Assembly (NCBI RefSeq): GCF_000760515.2
Contig: NW_013546178.1
Span: 1 to 64,000, forward strand
DNA from: Mitosporidium daphniae
Taxonomy: Eukaryota
DNA: 64,000 nt
Direction: 5' to 3'
Shown: positions 56,147 to 64,000 of the stretch, one piece after another
How positions within the stretch are numbered: position 1 is the stretch's first letter
Layout: each line of letters opens with the position of its first letter
Made by a program: the position numbers and the translations under genes
Notes under the pieces: generated by a model
What the model was told of the DNA's origin: nothing
What the model saw: the letters and a program-made list of their open reading frames with translations, nothing else
Database searches by the model: none

Positions 56147-56245
56147 AAATAAACGTTGCAAATAAAATACAACTTTGAGGCCGGATAATTCCGGAATTTT
56201 CTTGATCCCTCACGTCTCACACTTCACGCATGAAATATAAGCTAA

Positions 56246-57292
<1,047 letters not shown>

Positions 57293-57319
57293 TAAAATCG
57301 GTTAAATAAAAAAGTTTAT

Positions 57320-59353
57320 TTATTGGGCCTTTTTCCCTCTTCTTGTCCTGGATTTGGAGTCTTCAACCGTGTCCTTTTTAGACTTGGAGTCCTCGTCAGT
57401 TTTGCTTTTTTTGGGCTTGGAGTCCTCGTCAGTTTTGCTTTTTTTGGGCTTGGAATCCTCGTCAGTCTTGCTTTTTTTGGGCTTGGAGTCCTCGATTTTG
57501 CCTTTCTTTGGCGCCGGGGGTCCATCATCCTTTTGCTCTTTTTTTGATTTGGGTGCACTAACTGGTTCTAATTCCATATTCTTCTTTTTGGAACTTTGGG
57601 AATCTTTTTTTTCGCTTTTGGAAGCTGGATTCACCTCATCGGCTCGCCCTTTTTTCTTAGATTCTAGCTTGGCCTCAACTTTCTTTGTCTTTTCGGAGGA
57701 ATCTTCTTTTAATTCAGGCTTTTTTTCCTCCTTTACAACCTCTTTTTTGTCTTTAGCATCTCGCTTTTTAGATGCAGGCTCCTTATTTTGCACAGAAGGC
57801 TTTTCGGCTACTTTTAAAGCTTTCTTTTCCTTGGCCGATGATTTGGCGTCGACTTTGGGTTCCTTCTTGGGCTCGGCCTTGGGTTCCTTTATGGGCTCGG
57901 CCTTGGGTTCCTTTATGGGCTCGGCCTTGGGTTCCTTCTTGGTCTTGGTGGAATCCTTCTTGGACTTATCAGTGGAGCCTTGTTTTCGCTTCTTTGAGGA
58001 AGGCTCTGTTTCGATGTCCATGTCCATTGTTGTTGCAATAATGGGGTTCAACTTTTCCATAACCTTGTGCATGACCTCTTGGTTTGAGAGGGGAGTTGGT
58101 CCACCATCAAAAAACTCCAACCTTTGCTCAACCTGTTGGCGCAGAGCATCTCCAAAGGCAGCGTCAGGAGTATCTGAAAAAGAGTCCAAACGAGATGCAA
58201 TGCTGCATTTGTTTGCCAGAAACCGAGAAATCCGGCCCTTATTTTTGGAAGCGGCTCTTCCAATAAACGTTGAATGGAATATCAGCCCATACTTTGGTGT
58301 CTTTCCGCGCGTCTTTAGCGCCCTAAAAAGAGCCTTTTCAGCACCAAGGATCTGAACCGTAGATGCCGGAAACTTTGCCAAATTTGTCAGGCTTCCGGCA
58401 TGCGAAATCAGCCTGGCGCCGACAGAATCTCCTATCAACGCAGCAAGATTGGGCGCAACCACGTTCATTTTGTTGTGAAGATAGTTTCCCAAAGAGGCCC
58501 GATATTCTGCAAGATCAACAAGCTTGTTAGCAAAGTGGTTGATGTTGACCATGTCGGCCTCGGCAATCTCCATTCCCATGGATATTTTAGAGGCATCGAC
58601 AATCATGTTCGCTAAATTGGTATCATTGACAATGGAGAGCAGCTTTTCAAACATCGAAGGGTCGCTTTGGATGTTCGAGCGCTGGCGAATGAGGAGGGCA
58701 AGCTTTGCATACTGCAAGTTGTCCTGGGCGATTTTGGAAAGCTCCGGAAAATGCCAAGAATACCACTCCTTGATGCGCATGGAAAACAAGTTGATATCTT
58801 TGTCCAGTTGATCGCACAGCGCAATTGCTTGGATTATCATGTTGTCCGACCTGTTCACGTTAAAGGCGACTTTTCCGCCAGAAAATGCATGTCCAAGACC
58901 GAGTTGGGAACGCTTCAAATCTTCTGAAACAATATACTGCGACAGCAATTTGTCCAAATGGCACCTGATGCCACGGACAAGCTCATGGACAAGATCGTCA
59001 GAAACACAATTAATCCCTAGAGTCTGCTTAATGCTGCCAGCAAGAGCCTTATCCGATACGCCGAGAAGAATTCCCGATTTTGAAGATGCGGATTTTTTTG
59101 ACGCCTTGGGAAGAGCCAGCTCAAGGAAAGATTCCAGAGTCTCTGGAACCTCGCCTTCCGCCAAGCTGTTAATATTCTCCAGAGCATGAGCGGCACTTTT
59201 GAAGGGCAAAAACGATGTCAATGTGATTCGCTTACCGAATTTGCTGATATCCAAAACCTCCTTTTGGATTTCTGGAAGATTTTTCCCGATATCCTCGACA
59301 TTATGTGTTTCAAAGAGGGAATATCCTGATGAGGTTTCAAATAAGACGTGCAT
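57320..59353 (-). CDS. NOP56: Box C/D snoRNP protein Nop56 with long Lys/Glu-rich repetitive tail
   Basis: LFETSSGYSLF, FKSAAHALENIN, DNMIIQAIALCDQLDKDIN and ASTVQILGAEKALFRALKT. Confidence 0.93.
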   Translation of the reverse strand: MHVLFETSSGYSLFETHNVEDIGKNLPEIQKEVLDISKFGKRITLTSFLPFKSAAHALENINSLAEGEVPETLESFLELALPKASKKSASSKSGILLGVSDKALAGSIKQTLGINCVSDDLVHELVRGIRCHLDKLLSQYIVSEDLKRSQLGLGHAFSGGKVAFNVNRSDNMIIQAIALCDQLDKDINLFSMRIKEWYSWHFPELSKIAQDNLQYAKLALLIRQRSNIQSDPSMFEKLLSIVNDTNLANMIVDASKISMGMEIAEADMVNINHFANKLVDLAEYRASLGNYLHNKMNVVAPNLAALIGDSVGARLISHAGSLTNLAKFPASTVQILGAEKALFRALKTRGKTPKYGLIFHSTFIGRAASKNKGRISRFLANKCSIASRLDSFSDTPDAAFGDALRQQVEQRLEFFDGGPTPLSNQEVMHKVMEKLNPIIATTMDMDIETEPSSKKRKQGSTDKSKKDSTKTKKEPKAEPIKEPKAEPIKEPKAEPKKEPKVDAKSSAKEKKALKVAEKPSVQNKEPASKKRDAKDKKEVVKEEKKPELKEDSSEKTKKVEAKLESKKKGRADEVNPASKSEKKDSQSSKKKNMELEPVSAPKSKKEQKDDGPPAPKKGKIEDSKPKKSKTDEDSKPKKSKTDEDSKPKKSKTDEDSKSKKDTVEDSKSRTRRGKKAQ
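57365..57495 (-). repeat. 33-bp coding tandem repeats (EDSKPKKSKTD) in the Nop56 tail
   Basis: cttggagtcctcgtcagttttgc... repeats about four times. Confidence 0.85.
57856..57940 (-). repeat. 24-bp coding tandem repeats (KEPKAEP[I/K]) in the Nop56 tail
   Basis: gggctcggccttgggttcctt occurs three times plus a partial copy. Confidence 0.85.
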
Positions 59354-59475
59354 TTGAAATCGCAAAAAGTAATTCTCAACTTTTTAATTTTATATATTAA
59401 AAGAATTTAAAAGTTCAATACTTTATTGTGGAATTGATCCATTAATTAATTAATTAATTGATCCGTCAAACTTGG

Positions 59476-60141
59476 ATGGCGAAAAAGTTTGGAGAAAACC
59501 AAAAGAAGCAGCAGGGCCGGGAAAATAAGCAAAAGGCCTTGGGTCTCAAACACAAACAAACACTAGATGAGAAAAACAGAAAGGAAGAGGAGTCCTGGAA
59601 ACAAGGTGTCAAGGATACGTCCAAGCAAGAGGCAGAGAGATTGAAGATGGAAGAAAAGAAGGCAAGAAAAAAAGAACGTGAAAGCCTACTTTTGGAAGAA
59701 GAGGTTTTGGAGCTACCAAACACAAGCTTTCGAACTGCTCCAGCAAAAAAAGCCATGGCATCGCCAGCACCAATCAGAAAGGATACTTCGCAAACGGAAT
59801 CTGTGTACTCCGCATCCAGTGTCGATGATGCTCTGGAGCTACTGGCGACCATCAAATCTTCAAGGTCCAGCATTGCTTCTTCCGTGGAGCGACACCCAGA
59901 AAGGAGGATGAAAGCAGCGTTTGCAGCATTCGAAGAGAGGGAGCTCCCGATATTAAAAGCCGAATATCCATATTTCCGACTCTCTCAGCTTCAAGAAATG
60001 CTGAGGAAAAAATTTGCAAAGTCCGATGAAAATCCATTGAACCAACCGCATGTATCATATGAGGCAACCCCTGATGAAGTAAGAAAACTGGCCTCGCAAA
60101 TCCAGGAATCCAAGCTGGATTCGTTCAAGTCAAACCATTAA
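59476..60141 (+). CDS. CCDC124: CCDC124/Lso2/Oxs1 family protein
   Basis: MAKKFGENQKK...W..G.K and ERHPERRMKAAFAAFEERELPILKAEYP..RLSQ...ENPLNQ. Confidence 0.9.
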   Translation: MAKKFGENQKKQQGRENKQKALGLKHKQTLDEKNRKEEESWKQGVKDTSKQEAERLKMEEKKARKKERESLLLEEEVLELPNTSFRTAPAKKAMASPAPIRKDTSQTESVYSASSVDDALELLATIKSSRSSIASSVERHPERRMKAAFAAFEERELPILKAEYPYFRLSQLQEMLRKKFAKSDENPLNQPHVSYEATPDEVRKLASQIQESKLDSFKSNH

Positions 60142-60417
60142 TAAACACAGAGTTTTCTTGCATGCAAATGGCGTTTCACGATAATAAACTGTTTCAAGCT
60201 CGGCCGCAAATCGGCCCAAAACACCGTAACGCACCATGGTGGCCCGGAACAAGCAAACACCGAAATACAACGTAAATTTTTTACGCGATATGCGAACTAT
60301 GCGAACTCGAACAAAATTTGTTCATTTGGCGCTGCCATTGGTCCATTTGCTTCTCGATGACCTATCCCAAATCGGCATTTCTATTGCTTTGGCCAACGCA
60401 TTTTATTAATTATCCAG

Positions 60418-62696
60418 ATGAGTCAGCAATCGCAATCTTCATCACTGTACAGGATAACTTTTGTTACTTTTAGATTCACTCGTTGCCAGGTTATACTTGA
60501 ATATTTGAAAAGCCTTCCAGGTTGGAGGGAGGTGTATTACAACCCGCTACCGGAGGCTTTTAAGGAGCAGAAGCCTACAAAGACGCTTTGGGCCCTATTC
60601 AGACAGGGCGGAACCCTATGCTACATACTAAATCTGCTGATGAAAAACGCAATCTCCTACATTGAGCCGTTGAATTTCGAACAGCAATCTCCGGATTTTG
60701 ACTCAAAGTCATGTAAAATGAACGTCTTCAACTTTCTTCAAGCGTGTCAAGAAGATTTTTTTATTCCCTCCGACCAGCTTTTTTCAGTCTCAGAAATTTA
60801 TAAAGACGATAGCACTGTTCTGCTGCGAACAATTAAACTGGTGGAGGGACTCCTAAGTAGGATCGAAGGCGCCACTTGGCTTGCCCCACACGATGCCTCG
60901 TCCGTGCAATTAACTTCTTTTGCTGACACCAAATCCAAAAGGCTATCCTTTATGGTCGATAACGACAATGTATCGCCAACATTGGGTCCAGTTGTTAGCC
61001 CGGAAAGAGCGGAAACATCCAGAACCAGCAATGACAACATACATGCCGACCTACGAAAAAAAGCTGTTCGCGAGCTTCTTGAAACGGAACGAACTTATGT
61101 GAGTCAACTGGATGTGCTTCAGGTAAGACCATAACGCTTCCCTTTTTGCTAGGAATATTTGCAAGAGATCGAGTGCGATAGCGAAAAATCGATAACCCAG
61201 GAGGACATGGACATCATTTTCTGCAATCTGAATGAGCTTGTCGACTTCCAAAGATTCTTCCTTATCGACATGGAGGCCACATTGACAAAGCCTACAGACC
61301 AGCAGCGACTTGGGCAACTGTTCTTATCAACGGTTCCATTGCTAACCGTTAAATTTTAGATTACGCACACGAAAACGTTTGCCTCCTACTACCAATATGT
61401 GGAGAATTTTGAACGGGCAATTGATGCCATAAAAAGGAATGTCGACCAGCTAAAGGTATTTGTCAAATGTGGGGTGTCTTATTGATTTATTAGAAATACG
61501 AAAGCAAGATTTCGCATGGCCAGCTTCAATCGTTCCTAATAAAGCCGATCCAAAGGATATGCAGATATCATATTCTTTTGAAGGAAATCAAAAAACACTC
61601 GGACAAGTCGGCCTTGGAAACGATTAACATTATCAAGGCGTATGATCTGATGAAAAAGATTGCCGATCAAGTTAATGAGGAAAAAAGAAAAGCAGAAAAC
61701 ATACAAGTCATGGAGGAGCTAAGAGGCAGCGTACAGAACTGGGGGGTACCAACTATTTCGCTAATCGCCTTAAATAGATGGGGTATTCCGTTGATAGCTT
61801 TAAGCCTCTCCAGCTTTATGGCACGCTTCCGGTAAAGTTTGACACAAGCACAGAGGAGAAGCAAATGCATGTGTTTGTGTTTGAAAAGGCGTTGTTGCTG
61901 GGAAAGTCTTCCAATAAGCAAGCGGGGGTGTTGAGTTCAAGCAACTTGTCCATCATCGAGTGCATTGAAAAGAACTTTGTCACAAATATTCAAAACGACT
62001 CAAAAGATGGTAAGTCCCATGTGATCCGGTGTAACTTTAGATAATCTCCAATTGAAAATATACTGGCATGCCGAGAAAATACGCTGGCTTTCTCTCTCTT
62101 TCATCAACGAGGAGGTTTTCAAAAAATGGTATCTTTCGTTGATCAGATTGACGAGCCAGCATGATGAGCACCACAAAAGTGTCCAAAATACTTCTGCCGC
62201 CGTTGCCACGGCTGCGGATTTGAAACCCTCAAACAAACTAGCAAGGGAAACTATCAGCCAAGAAAAAGCCACACGTCGGAAATCCAAGTTAAAGAAACTT
62301 TTAGGATCTCCCAACATCAAAAGCTCATCCCAAATCATAACTGATGAGTATTCTCTGGAGGAGAGGGAAACTCCCTCTAGTCGCCTTCCTTCAATTGAAT
62401 CAGTCATGAACCCTCCTCAACAGCGACTGGTCAAGATTATTACATCCACTTTCGCCAAGTTGGCTGTTCTGCCGTCAGATGACGACTTTGAGGTTTTGAA
62501 AGAGTTTCTTTCGTCAGCATTTTCCACCAGTTCCAAGCAATTTTCCATCTTTTACAGAGACAGGCAAAAAGATGCCTTACTGCTCGAATCAGATGCGGAT
62601 CTTGAGCTTGCCTGCAAAGACTGGTTTGAAAGCGACCGGCTTGAGGGTGCATTTCCGCTTATTTTGAAAAGCGACGATGAGGAGCCAAATCGATGA
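60418..62696 (+). CDS. CDC24: Cdc24/Scd1 Rho GEF (CH-DH-PH-PB1), many short introns
   Basis: LWALFRQGGTLC, VRELLETERTYVSQL, IFCNLNELVDFQRFFL, FLIKPIQRICRY and PB1 IFYRD..D..LLESDADLELA. Confidence 0.88.
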
Positions 62697-62746
62697 CGAT
62701 GGCCAAGCCGATGACGGCGAACCGAAGCAGTAAATAAAAGACATTT

Positions 62747-63683
62747 TTATTTGTATTTTAGAAGAATAGAATCCCTCCACCGCTTGTAAAAGTAAAACTC
62801 GGGAGAATCTTCCAAAATGCCTGCATATTTGATGTGTTCAGGAAGCAAAGGAACCGATCTTCTGGGCATGTTGAGAGCACAATTTTCCGCACCCGCAGAT
62901 GGCGAGCAAGTGTCACTCATTTCAAGCAAAACGTCTTTGTGACCGCCAATTGTTTTGTGTGGGCTTCGCTTCTGCTTTTTGAGCTCCTTAAATAACAACG
63001 AGTCTGCCTGAATGGCATCCAGCTGTTTTCTGCACATGTGTCTGATGGACTGCAAATAGTTTTGAAAGCTTCTTTCATTGATGGAATACTTTTCTATAAT
63101 CAGCTTCTTGTCTACACGCAACTAAGAGCACGTCAGCATGGCATGCATTTCATACCTTGAGACAGGATGTCACGGCGATGAAGATGGCCAGCAAGAGGTC
63201 GGGATTTTCGTTTGTAACGAAAGCCTTGGATGCTTCCGGAAGTGTGCTGCAGAAAAGAGGGATAAACATATCCAGCAACTTTTCACAGGGACAAATCAGT
63301 TGCTCGCATCCAGTGGAAAGCCCCAAAACCCGGATCGACAGTTTGGAGAGGTTAAGCGACAGCCCACTGCTCAGCTGTTGCATTGCCGTCAGATACTCTG
63401 CATTGGTAAGACAAGAAAACCGCACGTTGAATGCCCTATCGATGGTAATTTTGCTCCTAACAGGAAGGTGGTAACTTTTGCATAAACCATACTGTGCCAA
63501 TACCAGCTCTATGCAAACAAACACGCGGGCAGGCTCCAACGGACCCATTGATGGGCACAGGATAAGAGACCTTTTAAACAAAGAACGCGATTTTTCTAAA
63601 TACTCGCCATACTCCGAGGTGTTCAGTCCGCTGGACCTGAGAACCTTTGAGAAATAGCCATCAAAGTTTCTTATAAGGTCCAT
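62747..63683 (-). CDS. ORC6: Origin recognition complex subunit 6; intron ~63123-63155
   Basis: EPARVFVCIEL, LSIRVLGLSTGC, CLK|LRVDKK and C-terminal YKRWRDSIL (Orc6 YxxWK motif). Confidence 0.72.
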
Positions 63684-63758
63684 TGAAGGGGCGCCAAAGG
63701 GCAAGTTTAATTGTAATTTTGGTGAAATTAAACGGGACCGTGTTTCCGATTTTTTAAA

Positions 63759-64000
63759 ATGAACCCAAATCAGCCCGCCCCGTCGTCGCAATCCGCTGCG
63801 CCCAGTACGGGCCCAATACTGCCGAAAGATGCAGTTGTATTGAGCATGATGATGCAGACCCTGTCGATACATGAATGCGAGCCGCAAGTGATCCCCCTGC
63901 TGCTGGAATACTCGTATCGCCACATCACCGACACGCTGATTGCTGCAAGCTCATTTGCCGAGCATTGCGGAAGATCGCCATTGACAGAAATATCGCTGCA
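63759..64000 (+). CDS. TAF9: TFIID/SAGA subunit Taf9 (partial, runs off the window)
   Basis: Manual translation LPKDAVVLSMMMQTLSIHECEPQVIPLLLEYSYRHITDTL..A...AEHCGR, a histone fold. Confidence 0.88.
   Translation, partial: MNPNQPAPSSQSAAPSTGPILPKDAVVLSMMMQTLSIHECEPQVIPLLLEYSYRHITDTLIAASSFAEHCGRSPLTEISL

Noticed and set aside
57354..58355. 333-aa plus-strand ORF
   Set aside because: Antisense shadow of the repetitive Lys/Glu-rich Nop56 tail.
63684..63923. N-terminal 80-aa extension of the 63150..63923 ORF
   Set aside because: It starts at GTG and overlaps TAF9 antisense and the shared promoter. ORC6 starts at ATG 63683.

Overview
This is eukaryotic nuclear DNA from a very compact, fungus-related genome. 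It holds about 38 protein-coding genes in 64 kb. Intergenic spacers are mostly 30-300 bp and AT-rich, and most spliceosomal GT-AG introns are only 22-35 nt long. This architecture, together with mitochondrial (rhomboid, mS23, Jac1) and peroxisomal (malate synthase ending in -SKL) genes, suggests a Rozellomycota or early-diverging microsporidian relative such as Mitosporidium. That taxonomic call is inference only. Recognisable genes include NOT4, malate synthase, PHO88, SUI1/eIF1, PWP2, PCP1, RPS19, GCN20, a T-box transcription factor, JAC1, an HSL-type lipase, an R2R3 Myb, PRE5, BFR1, RPB7, DJ-1, RPC2, a PUF protein, a bHLH protein, KNL2/M18BP1, mS23, a LAM/SIP3 protein, SPF30, an SLC19-type vitamin carrier, RFT1, METTL23, PDX1, GAPDH, NOP56, CCDC124, CDC24, ORC6 and TAF9. 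Several of these are fragmented or absent in the ORF track. RNA genes read directly from the sequence are U1 snRNA and an intronic box C/D snoRNA (snR63/U46 type) inside eIF1. The most notable observations are the T-box gene with a uORF-laden leader, a SANTA plus CENPC-k KNL2, two unexplained cloverleaf-like structured RNA candidates, a perfect 30-bp head-to-head telomeric palindrome with dispersed TTAGGG motifs, and an ORF-free gap carrying a possible telomerase template. No transposons, tRNAs, rRNAs or CRISPR arrays were seen. All family assignments come from recalled motifs, not database searches.
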